Positions 15,001-30,500 of a stretch of 64,000 nt of DNA are shown here, piece by piece. Source of the stretch: Bugula neritina (lineage: Eukaryota; Animalia; Bryozoa); contig OZ037765.1 of NCBI GenBank assembly GCA_964035545.1, positions 2,418,001 through 2,482,000 of the forward strand, read 5' to 3'. Under the pieces are notes generated by a model. It worked only from the letters and a program-made list of their open reading frames with translations. It ran no database searches and was not told the DNA's origin. A program made the translations under genes and the position numbers. Every line of letters begins with the position of its first letter. Within the stretch, counting starts at the first letter, position 1.

Positions 15001-18000
15001 GTAAAGCCGTCTGCTAACTGCATAGCCTGAGACTTGTGATATAGAGTACCAAAGCGAGGCTCATTAGCTATCTGATAGAAGACAAGGCCGTCTGCAGACT
15101 CATCCAGGTATTCTAGCTCACTTAGAGTTATCACTTTCTTCTCTCCTGAATAAGAGACTTATGATTGTTAATGACAAGAAATTTCTACTCCCCTATTGGC
15201 CATTGTTCTAAAATCCAAGAATATTTATATCGCAAGACTACAATGTGTCACATTTTAGCATAATATATTTTTATTATGTAACAGGTTACTCAAACACACA
15301 TTTGACAACATTGTTTAACCGTGCCATAAATCGTGTTATATTATATCTTTCCATCAAAGCTTTCGTTCTTCTATTGCAATGTAACAAGGCTCACAACTCC
15401 ATGTTGAAAAGAATGCGTAAATTTCAAGCTTTTTTGGTGGCGCAAAAATTTTCATATGAAAACTATCTAAAATAAAATCCTACGTTACTCTGATTTGAGT
15501 AAAATGATGGTTATATAAGAAAACCACAACTTACAGATTATCAATTCAGCAACTGAGTAAGTGTTGGTGAGAAAAAACGATTTACCTTCATTTAGCCTGA
15601 GTTTCATGGTAGCACTAGGACTAAGGGTGGGGCTCTCGGTGTCGCTGTACTGAATTGTCACAGGGATCTCCACTTCAGCAGACTGGATAGAGTCAGAGAG
15701 TTGGATGGTGAAAGAGTCCTCCAGTGGCGCCGAGTTGTCATGAACGTAATAGATGGTGTCGGACAACATCTCAGTGTAGGAGTAAGTAAAACCTGCAGCA
15801 GTTTTAATAAAAATAAAAACTAAATAAACCTTAACAAATAGAATCTGCAGCAATTGTATTCGAACAGATGAGGCACACAGTGATTGAAGGTTTTTGTGAG
15901 GCATAAAGCTTCATTTTCATTCAATAAGTAAAATCATCCACAGATGCAAGAGTAAGTGAAATCTGATGAACGTTTAAACTCAAAAGTAAAAAAGACAACT
16001 TCTAAAATTACCAGCCACAATGTAAAGGTTTAACTTTAACTACCAAACTATGACAAGACTAAATACCTGCTCTAATGACGGCGTGGAACATGTCACTCAT
16101 CTTCACGATGTCTCCGTGCTGAGGCAGAGAGATCAATGTAAACTGCAGATTCTCTTTCGACGTGTCAACATCGACGACTTGAAGCAAATCATCATTAATC
16201 AGAGTTGATCTATCTCGTTCTACGTTCACTCTCACACCCTCCCCAACCGAGGGCGCTTTGTTGTCCACAGGAAGTATCATGATGTTAAACTCTTGGTTTA
16301 GTATAGCCTTGGAATTGTTGTCAGTCACTAGATCAAACACAACACATCAAAATCAGAGAATCGGACTGGCAAGCTAACTTTTTAGTCGCATAAACAGAAT
16401 GTAGAAGAGTGTGTGATAAACAACTGAAATGTTTAAGTTAAAATAGGTGATGGCTACGTCATGCATGCTATGGAGTTAGCAGAAGATTCAGTTTAGTACA
16501 ATATTTGAATAAAGTCAATATAGAAACAAAACAATTTCTTCAGTAAAATTTCAACCGTTAAAGCACCTAGTAAAACTCCTCAATATTAAATAATTTTTCT
16601 CTTTAAGTTATTAGGAAGACTTCAGAAATAAAACAATGAATGAAATGCAACAGGTTTTCAGAAGGTTTAGAAATAAACTATAAACATAATAAAATAAAAT
16701 TATTATACTAAGCACAGAGGTTTGAGGGAGGGTCGTAGCTTCAAAAAGAGTAACATGTAATAGAACAATAATGGGTATAATAACAAAGCCCACCTTCTAC
16801 CATTGGATACACTGAAAAAAACATATACTTCAACATACTCATGTAATAAAACAATAAAGCATAAAATATTTTCTTGGTGATTTATTAAACTATCTGAAAA
16901 AGGTTATTGTATTAAGCTGAAGTATGACACCTGCATGACACCTGTATGACACCTGCACGACACAGGTATTTGTGTAAAATTAATTCGGTTGATTTAAAAC
17001 AACTCAAGGTTGCTTATTCCAATATCAGTTAGTGATTAACAGTTACTTTTAGTGAAGCCTTAGGACTCACCATTAAACTTGAATAAGTATGTGGGCTGAG
17101 TAAGTCCAACCTCTAAATCAGCAGGAGACCTGTAGGCTAATAGACCGTCATTGATGTCTTTCTGAGTGAAGCTGAAATATGAATACACTTCGTTTCATGA
17201 ACAGAATTTAGATTAATGAATAGCTTTTAATTTCTCTACAGCATGAATTACAGGTAGTATTAGATAAAATCTTTTCACAGCCTACCAACACCGTGTAAAT
17301 CTCAAGCCTTCTTGTAATATAAAACAAGCACCAGGTGGGAGGAGACCTTCAAACATATACCCCTACCTGGAAATGGGTACTTTGGGAGCTGAGGCTAGCT
17401 CTATCATCCCTTGATAGTAAGGTAACGGCTGTGTTATTGTAAATAGTATATCCTCAGCAGTACTGTCTTCATCATCAAATAAGAGAGATGAGGAAGTGAT
17501 AGTAACCGTCTCGCCCTCTGAAACCTAAATTTAGGTAAAAATAAGGCTATAAAATCTAATGATGTAGTTCACCAAGATAATGCTAACCTGTACAATATAG
17601 AACAACTGCTTTACTAGAAAAAATTGCTATGATGTAACTATCATATAGATCTAATTACTTTTGAATTTTTTTCTCACTTCAAACTTATAGTTCAATGCAT
17701 TAAGTAAAATGAGAAGTTTTTGTAAAGAAAGTAATAAATAACATTATTATATAATACATGTTATGTTACTAGCTCGTACATGATATAACACTATATTATT
17801 AATACAAGTATAACAGAATATGTTCTATTACTACTGCATATACAATATCACATGCTATATGACTAATGCCCATATATATAACACACTATATATACTTATT
17901 CTGTATATAATATAACATACTTGTAATATAATATAATATAATAAACTATTCATATAAAGAGAAGATAACTTACCACTAAGCTAAGGCTGCTGCCCGCTGC

Positions 18001-21000
18001 CACACTGGGAGCATCAAACACTTCTGCTGGTTGGATAGAAATAGCAAACAGCTGATTGGCTAGAACAGACATTGATTCTTCATACTTCACCTGCCGACGA
18101 TAACAGAAGATAACTACTGAGTAGAGAGAAGATAACTACTGAGTATTGAAAAGACAACTACTGAGTAGAGAGAAGATAACTACTGAGTATTGAAAAGACA
18201 ACTACTGAGTAGAGAGAAGATAACTGAGTAGAGGGAAGATAACTATTGAGTTGAGAGAAGATAACTGAGTAGAGAAAAGATAATTACGGAGTAAAGAGAA
18301 ATACACTTTGAAAAAATCAACTGGACAGACAAAAGATAACAAAGCAAAGAGAGAGCAGATAATAGCAAAATTTAAAGAAGACATCACTCGTATACCTAAG
18401 TGGTGTGTTGAAAATTGTCAATAAAAGAAAATATATGATTGGTCATTCTATTTAAGATATACACAAACATTACTATTTCCCTGCTATTAAATGAAATAAA
18501 ATACTGGATGATATCATACCACCTATTCTCAAATTAAAGCCTCATATTGTGAAGGAGGAATGTAGCACACAATGACTCATTAAACAAATCAATAGACCAT
18601 TGCCAAGTTTGTGTGGAAAGAAAACAATGAAACAAACCTCAAAAATAAAGAAGTCGATGAGATCACCACTACTGCTAGCTTCATGCTGATAGTATATGTA
18701 GCCATCGTTAATATCTGCCTGGCTAAATTCCTCAATCTGCTTAAACATTGTACCATCAGGTAGGGTAGTCCACCCGGCTTGAAGGGATGTACCAGCTGGT
18801 TTTGGGACTATCATAAGAATGGATCCTACAATAAAAACAGTACGCAAAACTAAGTGACTTTTAAAAGTTGAACAATTTTCGTAAAGAAACCTTTTCAACT
18901 TTAACTTTGAATAAAAACAAAAATAAATCAATTTTTTCAAAAGTTTCAAAATAAAAACAAGGGTGAGTCATTAAAATCCTCGTCATGAATTCATTCAATT
19001 CACACAAAATAATGGTTAGAACAATTAAGCCAGGTAAAGGCATGCCTTGGAGCATTTTATTTACATAAATCAGTCATGTCTAACTGTTTCAACTGAGATG
19101 TTGGTGTTGATATCTATTGGTCAAAGTTTATACTTAATACATCACAATCAAAGCTGGGCATACAGTTATTAAAATCAACTATTTCAGTCTGAGAATATGC
19201 AAATACCATTGGATGCACTAAGCTGAGTTTTGAGCATGAAAAACATAGTCTGAGAATATGCCAGTAAAACCTACCTGCATTAGGTTGCTGAGTTACTGTA
19301 TATTTTATTAGATGAGTCTTATTATCTCCCCCTGCCTCGTACAACAAGTTTGTTCTTGTAAACTTAGCTTGTAGTCCAAACGCTACTTCTAGTGTAGCAT
19401 TGTTTACCAACACCAGCTTTGAGCTTGCCTTCAAGATATGAATTGTATATTAAATTATAACTTTAATAAATGAGCATATCTATCATACAAGTTTACATCT
19501 GACAATTCATGTATATTAGATACACTACGAGCAGGTGGTGCCTATAATATATTACACGCCTAAAATAATAACCAACTTCCCATTTACAACCACTAAGTAT
19601 CATGTCACTAACACTTACATAATCCTAATCATGGAATTCCTTTGAAAAGCTCGGTTTCGAATCTGATATTGATATGAAATTATATTTAACTAAGTACTTT
19701 AAATTAATTTGTTAGTAGAGGAATACAATTTGAAAAATAACTTGCAAGCATACACATTACATAATATACATTAGAAAAAAAACATAGTGCGATTATAATT
19801 ATTGCACAGTTATGAATCTAAAGTAGATTGGAGAGTTTGAAAGTTGAATAATGACCATCATTTTTCAACTTTCAAAAAAGTTTTTAAGTCAAATAGTTTC
19901 TAATCAACTGTCGGGTTTACCTCAACGGAAACAGGAAGTAACACGTTCTGCAGACTCTGGGAATCCCCAGCCTGAAGGAGTATAAAGTCATCGGGTTCAC
20001 CGCTGCCGTCATGTTGATACTCGAGTCCGTCCATCAGCTCCTGATAACTGAACTCTTTGTTTCCCTCGTGTAAGACGCCATGTTCTGGCCCTTGAGGAAC
20101 AGGTCAAGTTCTTGAGTATATTGCACAGGCGCTTTTAAGTCACATGATGATGTCACATGACAGAAGTTACAGGACTGGAGTCACATGACAGAAATCATGC
20201 GAAAAAGTCACATGATAGATGTCACATGAGTGGAGTCACATTTCACAACCCAAAAGTAGAGCAAACCACAACCAAGGAAGAAAGTTAACAGTTGATAGCA
20301 TATGTGAGAAACTGTAAGACTACAAGCGTTGGTTACATAAAACTAGTCAATTGACCCATCCCCACATAAAACTAGCTAGCAAACTACTGCTTAATGAAAC
20401 TTCATCTTTAGCTAACTATAAATTACAAAAAGTTCATAGGTTAAATCATGATTTGCAGCCTCTGAAAGCAATCATCACATTGGCCAGATTTAACTTCTAA
20501 GTTTATATTATTAGATATAAAAATGCTGTTACTTGATGAAAAATCTATAGAAGGCATGAGAGTTGAATTGGTATCATGAACAGAGCCTGAGTATGACTGG
20601 TATATTAGTATGACTAATACTATAGTAGAATGCTGCTTGAAGTATCGATGATACGGAAGAAGAGAGATCATGTTTGTGAGCATGCCCAGTCTTGCCTATC
20701 CATACCTTGAATTACCGTTAGTCTGACATCGTCTAGCGATATAGCCTGTATTTCTAAGTTAGCTGCGGAGACAAGAGCGTTCTCCCACCGTGTTACTAAC
20801 ACCGGGGCTATAACCTTAACACTCAGTTGTGAGTTAGAAGAATCTACATTCAAAAGGAATGAGGTGCAAAGTGCATGGATTAACTTCTAAAAATAACATA
20901 TATTGTCACAGACAAACAAGAATAGTCATCACAACACTAGGTGTCACCTCTTTTCGTCAGGTGTCAGCACATTGCAATATGTGTCATAATCTAATTGGTA

Positions 21001-24000
21001 GAATCAAGTTGACACCAAACTTGAAATCTATAACTATGCTCATCAAAATTTACATGTTCAATATTTCTCAGCATTGTCTTCACTGGTCAAATAACTAAAA
21101 CTTCACAAACCATTCAATAGAAACAATATTTCTAACTCATTAAAACTTCTTTTCAATTCAAAAATTTTTGTGTTGTGACGACTCCTCTACACAGAAAGTT
21201 AAACACATAAGCAAATCAAATTTGCACAAGGAAAAACTCCAAGTTTAGAATTAATATAATTGATATAAAGCAAGGAAAAGTAAGTAAGCAGGCATAGCTT
21301 AGAGTGAAAAGATATTAAATGCGCAGGCTTAGATGAAGCAATGTTATTTGCAGCTAAAGTCAGTGACAATACATATTAGTTAGAGCAAAGGCTATTGTAT
21401 GATTTAAAGCAACAATTAAATTTTATCATTTGCTACTTTCAAAAGAGTTTGAAAAAATCAAATGATAAAAATTGGTATTTTTAGCAATAAGATGGTTAAG
21501 AACTTTACTTAGATGTAAAGTAAGCAGAATTGACAAAATGTTAGACGAATAGGTATTATTTTGAACTTGAAGGGATCGCATGCAGACGTATCATCACCCA
21601 GCAGCCTACCAAGCAGCATGCTGACTTAAGGGCTGAGGTTACATCAACTCTAGATTAATACTGAAATATGAACTTTACTACTCTTAGCCTCAGTATCCTT
21701 AATACAAATGATTATCAACTAATACAAGTAAACAATTGTCAATCAATAGGCACAAAGTTTGAGAACTCAAGCTAAGCTCTAGGTGTTCTACCGGAGCAAG
21801 ATAAGGGGTGATGTAACCATTCTATCTGGAAATATTGTGTAACAGGCTACAGTTTGTATTTCAGATAATGCACAGTATGTGGCCTGATATTCTACATCAA
21901 AACTTCAAGAGAACTTAAACTGAAAACAGCTGCTTTATATTAAGTTGATGAAAAAATTGCCTCTAAAAATAATTCAATAGAATTTACTTAAACTTGATGA
22001 AATCATTTCAGTAAGGATTTGATTCAAGGTTTTGTTTTTGTTGGTGACACAAACACATGCCTGGATATTCAAATCAGACAAGGTAAATGTTGTTAAGATA
22101 TATATAATTACAGCTTATAAAATATAGGAATTTTTCTTATTCTCCATAAACTCAAAAGCCAAAGATGACCTTGTATTCACTTCATATACAGAGGCAGCTA
22201 CTAAATGAACAAAGGCAGCCTATAGAGTGCAGCATGAGTCAGTAAGTGCCCTACACAATATTCACTCTCTTGTAAGGAAGCAAAACAAAAGGTCTTTTGA
22301 AATTCAAAGCTGTCTAGTATTGAATATTGCATAACACAGGTGCAGGGATAGGCACTGGACAAAAGGGTGATGTCAAAGTGCAGGTGTTTGCAGGTTGTGC
22401 AGATAAATTATAGGTTTTGTGTGCAGACACTGGAATGCTGAAGTGTGCAGAAATAAAAAGAAGCAAGCTCGGTGAAAACAAGGGAAGGGATAAAAAACAC
22501 AATTGCACAGAAAACTAATAATTTCTATAAACTGACGTCTTATCATGAAAGGTTCAACATTACTTAAATAAGTTCTCACTTTCTTGTAATTTACTGAAAG
22601 ATGTTTCTTGGCTCAAGTTTGTACACTTTAAATAACAATTCTATTTAGTTCAAACATTTTCCTTATACAAAGTTTATCAAAGAGTAAAATGAAATCAAAG
22701 ATTACGTATAAAAAGAGTGCAATACAAATGTAAGAACCAATAGTTTGCAATTGAAACGTGGTAAGCATTTTCATGGTAACTTCTTCAAATATAAACAAAA
22801 ATGAGTAAAACTAGTGAAAAAAATTTAAGAAAACTTTTACTGCATGATTGTTTAATAATTTTGTTGCATAAAATCACATACGAGCTACTCAAGAAAATGG
22901 TTAGCACTTGAGTTGGAGAGGTTCTACAGTTGCTAGAATATTAGTAGGGGGCGGTCACTCTATTAGTAGGGGGCGGTCACTCTAAACTTACTATTGTTGA
23001 AACAAGAGTTTTCATAGCACTGAGGCTGTCCCTGGACACATGTGCATCTCTTACAATCATCCACTTTCCAAGACGTCAACTCCTGTACAAAGTATACAAT
23101 ACAGACCTTCTAAATATGATGTGTAGTACATAACTAGCGTATAATGTATAGAAAAGATGCCAGTTTGTAAGACCATCTATATTCTTGATTAAGAAACTTT
23201 AGATATTGACAGTACAACCCACTATAATAAACCTACAAAAATTATAAGCATCAACATTTACAACAACATGGAAAATATAGGCATTTTTTAGAAAAACTGT
23301 TTTTTTAAGAGTTACTTTTTAAATATTTTAAAATGTTGTGCATATATATTTTTATGAATATTTCATTAATAAATACGTTCACTAATATTTTACCAAAAAC
23401 CTTAAATAACACCTTTTCTACAAAGAGATGACTTGCTACTGGAGGAGGAAGAAGGGGGAGACTAACCTGGGTGGAGCGTAGGAAACCTTCGTACATACAG
23501 TAATCCTTAGCCCTGCATACAGGACAGCAGGCCCCTTCTTCTTGATACAGGTACTCAGTCTATCAACAGGAATTAGTGATGAAACACAGTGAAGACATCT
23601 ACTATACTCAGTATTTCTTGAAATCAACATGTTAATGCTTTTAGTAGCTTCATTTGCAGTAAAAAATCAGTCAAAGGGGTATTTTCAAACTTTTACATAT
23701 TTTATATTATTGTTTATATTTAATTTATTTCCAAGATCTTTGTATGGAAGAGATTACTGATGGCAGGTGTTTGTGTCTCATGATACTAAGCTGTCACTTG
23801 TACCTGTATTTATACATCTATAAATCTTCACTCTGTACACACAGATAGATATAATTATTTATTTTAAGTTGTATCAAGATATAAGAAAGACAATGGAATT
23901 ATCTACATCCAGTGCATGTTAATACACACTTACTCAGTGTTTTGTATTTACACACGACTATCAAGCTATCATTGGAGGCAAGTTCGAGTGACCACAATGT

Positions 24001-24521
24001 TTGTTCGTGTTGCAAACATTGTTACAAACTTGGCTTTCTTAGATATCAAAGTAAGCAACAGACCAGTGGCTTAAAAGTCTTCTTACAGCTCAATGTTGTA
24101 TTAAGTAAATATATAACTTTATATAAAATACCAAAAATAAAGAAAACTGACATTAAACCAAATTTTAAACGGATTTAACTAAAAGTTGAATCTGATTGGC
24201 TAAGAGCACTTACGGGACTGCATTCTGATTGGCTACACTGTATTGTGTCACATGACTCTTTGCCATTGAAGCACGTACAGAGCTGACAAATATCTTTCTG
24301 CCACACCTGACCATTATAATGAGTGACACCGTTGCTGTCGTTACACACCCCGGCAGCGGGAAAACACTCAGAGCAGCAATCTTCTTCCCTTTTTACCAGT
24401 ACTGTGTTCTGCAATCATTATGACTCGGACAAATTAATTGAAATTGAAAACAGCTTTATTGAGCTGAATCGAATGACTGAGTTAGCATGAGTTATAATGC
24501 AAATAATTATGTTCCAGCCAT

Positions 24522-24584
<63 letters not shown>

Positions 24585-27500
24585 AACTCATTAGTGTGTT
24601 ATACTATTGAATGACTAGTGGTATGTCTAAAGTTTAGAGTGACTGTGACTTAAGAGAATACTGTAACTACTCACAACTGTGACTGTAGCCACAGTCACTA
24701 GCATAACTATGATTACTATAACATAACTGTAAAGGGGTGAAAGTGAGTGAATCTGTTAATATATTATTATAGCTGTATTCTCCTAAATTCACTCTAAGGA
24801 ATAGCTTTTAAAATCACCAAAAGAAATATATACACCTAGTAGACCACATACCTGGGGACAGACTTTGTCATAGCAGGAAGTAGTGAAGCATTGAGGACTT
24901 CCTCTTATACACACACAACTGTCACAGGGCCCATCATTCCACCGTTCACCAGCCTATAGTATAAATGAAGCAACTTGTTTTAGAAAACAGAGTTATGTTG
25001 ACAAGATTTAGATCTACACCAGTATTTATAAAAATGGCTAATAATATTTTTATGGATATTCTTGACTGATGAAGGCCAAACAGATTTGTTTAAAATATTA
25101 TTTGGGTAGTTTGGATTGCAGACGGTTATGCAAAAGCCGTAACTGTCCACTATCAGAAGTAGCTGAATAACTAGGAAAAAACATGGGAAATCAAGCAAAA
25201 TTAAAAAGAACCTTGATTATTTATGTGTATTTATTAATATTTTACTAGTTTTTGGCAAAAACCCATGTTCATTAGCAGCTAACTTGTAAAAAATAGCTAA
25301 ATACAGGAGATTTCCAGTGTGTACTAAATTAAGTAAAATGACACAAAAATGAAAGTGCTTTCAACACAATATATAGTTTATGTATATAATTAGTTTAATG
25401 AGAAGCTAATTAATTGATTATGATGATGCAATAACACAGTTTAGAGAAATCGGAATTTGTTTATCAAAGTTCATAATTGATAGAAATGAATGCCGTAGAT
25501 AATTTTTACACTCAACTTTTTGAATATGGCCTCTAAAAACAAAGAACAATCACAGAGCTTCACTAAATATCTTTTTAGTGTTTCATTGAGTTCACTGGTA
25601 ACAATTCAATATTCCAACAATGCTCAATGCAACCTCACACAAAACATCAATCTCACTTCTTAGCTTTTATACTAGCGGCTGAAGTTCAAAAGGCCGTAAA
25701 CAATTTAAGTTATGCCCTAAAACAAACTATCACTGCTCGGGAACAACATTTTACGGCAATGTGAAAATAAAGTTCTCATGAAATTTCTCTAGCGATAGAA
25801 ACGAAATTGTTTATAGCATAAACAAAGCCAGCTATTAGAAAGCAGAGTTTAGCTGTGATCTATCATATACCATCAACAAGACTGGCATTGTAGGAAAAAC
25901 AATAGATTGTCTAAAGAACTAGTATAATTATGACAACAAATACCATATTTATGCTTGCAGTCACACGAAGAGCTCTATAGCTAACAACAGCAGTAATTAG
26001 CTTGTTAATTTAATTAATGTAAAATGATGTAAAGATATTTCCGGCTAAACAGAACCAAAGTTCTACACAATCTTGGGTTTTAAGCAATTCAGATGGTTTG
26101 AGACAAAAAGTGCTGAATGAAAAGCGCATGAGGCTGAATGTGTCAGATGGAAAGAGTCTCGACTTTGTGTACTCACTTCATAAAGAGCGCCTTTGCTCCA
26201 GCAGAGGTTGTTGGGACAGATCGGACAACAAGCTCCATCTGGTGTGTACGCCTGCAATATCGGGGAAACAACTTAGCTTAATTTCACAGGAATATGAAAA
26301 AATAATACTTTTAGTTTTCCACCAACATTCAAATTTCTACCCACAAATAATGAAGAGAATAATAACATTCTAACACTAGCAAACCGCGGCTTTCATGAAA
26401 AAAACTTTAAATAATCAAAAAATTAAATTAAACATTTTCATAAAAAATGTATTTTACTATGTTGATGAACATTGACCTAAGGATATCCAACAAAAGAAGC
26501 TAAAAATACTCAATAAGTATAACCAATTATTTCGGCCTGATTAGGACCTGCATGCCATTACTTGATGAAAAGGGGCCAAAACCGATAGTGTGTATAATTA
26601 GAGCGTATAATGAGCCAGTTTACACATGCCAGTTGCCTATTTCCCATTATAGCATTTAAGATATATATATTTGAGTAAGATTTTTATATAAATCTGTTAT
26701 TTATTAGCAACGTGCACATCTGTCCCATCAATTATTTCATTTCCTATCAAGAAGCCTATGAAACGTGCAGCGAAACTAACATAACTTAGGAATGTTTTAT
26801 ATTTATACACATGCTTGCAATGCTCTGTATCTAGAAAGAAAAGTACACATGAATTGACTGCATGTTATATATATTAGTATGTAGAGTTATGAGCTAAAAT
26901 GGGGCATGAAATGAGCTCTCATGGTATAGATAGAGAGGTCTGTGTTGCAGACAAATTCAACGTAAAGTGATAACAGAAAGGTAACACTAGAGATCACTGA
27001 GGTAGTGGAAAACATCATGCAGCTTTACTCAAAGGAGATACACATTTCATACCAAAAGAAACTACACAGGGTTACAACTTTCAATCAAATCAACAAATTG
27101 ATACAATCGTCTTCCCAAATCATTACTACAGCACCAGTTTTTTATAAATTGCAGACAACATAATATAAAGTGTGAGATTATTTTTAATGAACTTAGTCTT
27201 TTAAGCAAAGCATCATAACTTGTCAGATGCTGAAAACTCAACAATTTGAGTAAATATGAAATTACTTTCAACTAAATGCTGCCAGACAAGTATGTAAGTA
27301 TGGTAAGTAGAGAACATGGTGGTAAGTTAATCAGAAGAAGTCACCAAACAGATATAACTGTATCTAATGCATTGAGAGGGAGACAGGGTGGTATAGTGAT
27401 AAGAATGTCTCTACATGACTTTTTGGTCAAAGGTTCAACACCTACTTTCTGCATGACACTAAGTTTCTCTTCAATAGCAGGATTAACTCTTTCTCTTATG

Positions 27501-30500
27501 AATTCATACTAAATAGACTGGGATCCTAACTTACGTGTGAGCAGTTGAGTTGGGGACAGGTCTGTGAGAAACACGTCTTGGTTCCCTCATTGCATTCACA
27601 AAGTATGCATCTACCTTTACTCCACGTAGACTGGTCAGGGTAGAGCTTCCCCTCATCGTAACACATTTCTACAAGATCACAGGAATTAGCTCTGCATAAT
27701 ATGATGTCAGAGGAGTAAATCCTAGCCAGGAAAAATATGCCAACTCAAAGGAAAAGCTGCCTTATGAAGGATGAAATGAATTAATCCATCTTTTGCATTG
27801 TATTTTATTCTGTAAATTCTGCATTACTTTTTACCATACAATATTAGGGCAATAATTTCATATATTTGATATCTAACTAACCATAATTTCTGTTCTTATT
27901 AATAATTAGCTATATTAGTAGCAAGTGTACTTGCAGATCTCTACTGAAGTACAGACAGTGCAAGTTCTAGCTAATATCACATGACTATAGAGAAAGTCAA
28001 AGAACCTAAAGAAATACATTCTTACATGAGAGTTCCTACAGAGTAAAAAGAATTCAATGTTTCAAAAACCTATTTAAACACTCTATTTTCAATCAACTCT
28101 GAATCTCATCAGCTAACTTCCATAAGCCTGTCTCACTACAAAACATATTTTCTGCGGCACAGCTGTGTCAGCAGACGGTTGCCATGACAACAGCAAGAAC
28201 TGTTTACAATACAGGAGATACCTACCATCGGCACAACTACTGCAGCACTCATCCTCGGTGAGGCTGTCACATCTTAGCTGAGTGCAGTCTAGGAAACTAC
28301 ACGTCACCACACCATCTCTACATTCACATTGCTCACACTGCGGGCTCCTATACACCGTCCCGTGCTGCAATACATCAACCAAAAATGTTAAAACCTCAAT
28401 GACTAAATTCTAGAGTAAGAAAGTTCAAGAGAAGAATAGTAATAAGTGTCAAAATCTTTTTAGTTGAATTTTAGAAAAAGAAGGTTTAATAGACAAACAG
28501 TAAAGGTTTAAACAGCTCTTTCTATATCAATTCTATTAGAATAAATTCAGAGGCTGGTTACTATAAAATACACAATTCTGTTAGCTTGGACACTTTATGA
28601 ATGACTTTGTAAGTTGGCTTATTCATGTGCATATCAAATCCCCTTGCAAGCTAATACCACAAACAAACTCACGGAAATAACACCGAGTCTTATTGTTTCC
28701 AACATGCACAAGCGTAATTGCTCAGCTATTTGTATACAAACATGAAGGAAATTTCAAAACTAAAAGCTACACTCGTAAAAAAAATTACCCATGCTGAAAA
28801 CAATTTAGGAAATGCCGATGCCTTTTGTTTTCGTTTAAATGAATGAATATGGCAGAAGTTGAAACAATGTCATAAAAGTGAAAACGTAACAAAGAAGATC
28901 AGCTGTGTAGCTAGAGTAACGCGTTACCAGCATTAGTATTAGTAACTCTGAATGCGGGAGAAGATAATAGATCGTGAGGAAGTCAATGAAATCAGGATAA
29001 ATGTTGCACCAGTTACATTGAACACAGACAATGGGTGGTCTTCTAGTATACATGTCTCATATGTCCTTACATCAAACACTTTCTGTGTTATCCCTAATAT
29101 CACCATACTTGATCAAAAACTTTACCACTACCTAAAGTCATGGTACTTTATCGAGATCTGCCAATAATTCTAGCAAGTGAATATTAAGAAGAGTAAATGC
29201 AAAGAGTAGTAATGCTTGTGATCAAGTATGTATGGTTGTTATCATCTGGTATAATAGAAATGTACAAGTAGAGAATATGCCCAATCTTGCCTTAAGTGTT
29301 TGATTGTTGTACTGACAGTCTTTGTAAGGTGGAGAGCAGCTAGGGCAGCACTCTTTGGGCTCGAAGGTGAGTATCTCCCCCTAAAATATTAATAATAACA
29401 GTGCAAGTAGCGCAGTAGCAGTGATAATGTAATGTAATGCACTGATAATGTAATGCAGTATTAATGTAATATAATGCATTGATGATGTAACATAATGCAC
29501 TAATGTACTGTACTGGTAATTTAACGTACTGACAATGCACTGCTAATGTAATGTAAGGCACTGATAATGGCTAGGAAAGAAACATGGAACAACTTGTCAA
29601 CAAAAATGACAAAAATCAAATGGAATAATTTTAAAGTTGTTACAATCAGCATCTTAAATACAGTGGAGAATAGTATAGGTCAAAGGTTATGTGTTGATTA
29701 GTAACAGTGAAATGATCAGTATATCCAACTTCTACAAGTAAACGTTCAAAGAGCAATTAGCAATTTCACTTGTCAAAAGGTAATTTTTCCCAAAATGTAA
29801 ATGAGATGTTTTTATTTGAAAAAATTCAAATTACAGTTATGTAAAAGATACAATTTGAGATAACCCGATTGTATGCATACGTTGCAAAGAGAATGTGTGA
29901 ACATTGTTATATAAAAGGGAGTGATTCCATCAGCATGGCTAGACCATGAGAAAATCTCCGGCCCTAATCAGATAAAGCCTTCATTGTTAAGGATGAAGGA
30001 GAAGATTGTTTTAGGGCATTGAAAGAAGAACCTAAGATGTGTGAATGCTGATAATTACACTCAAAAATTAGTAACATCTTTCTGTAAGCTAAAACTTCAT
30101 AACTGGGGCTAAATCTGCTACTGCTTTTGTCTTTCATCTTCAATGTAGCAATAATTACTACTTTATGACTTTTTATGTAAACTTTTCAATAAAAAATCTA
30201 AATAAATATAAACCCACTTTTTAAGTACTTGAAATACAAATGGTTGTTTTTATTTAAATATAATATCTTGGGTAGTAGCCCTTGCAGCTAGTTAGATAGA
30301 CATTGATGGTGTAGAAGTGTTTATTTCCAATAGCATAAGCTGTGTTTCTCCCTAGAGCTGCTCTATAAGCTGAGCCATGGACTAGTCATTTCTGTGGAGA
30401 GAAACTCCTCTCCTGGCATAGGGAGAGTATGACGATATCTTGCAGTGGTATAGGACATCAAACCAGACTATCACAACTATTAGGTGCAAAGATGCACATC

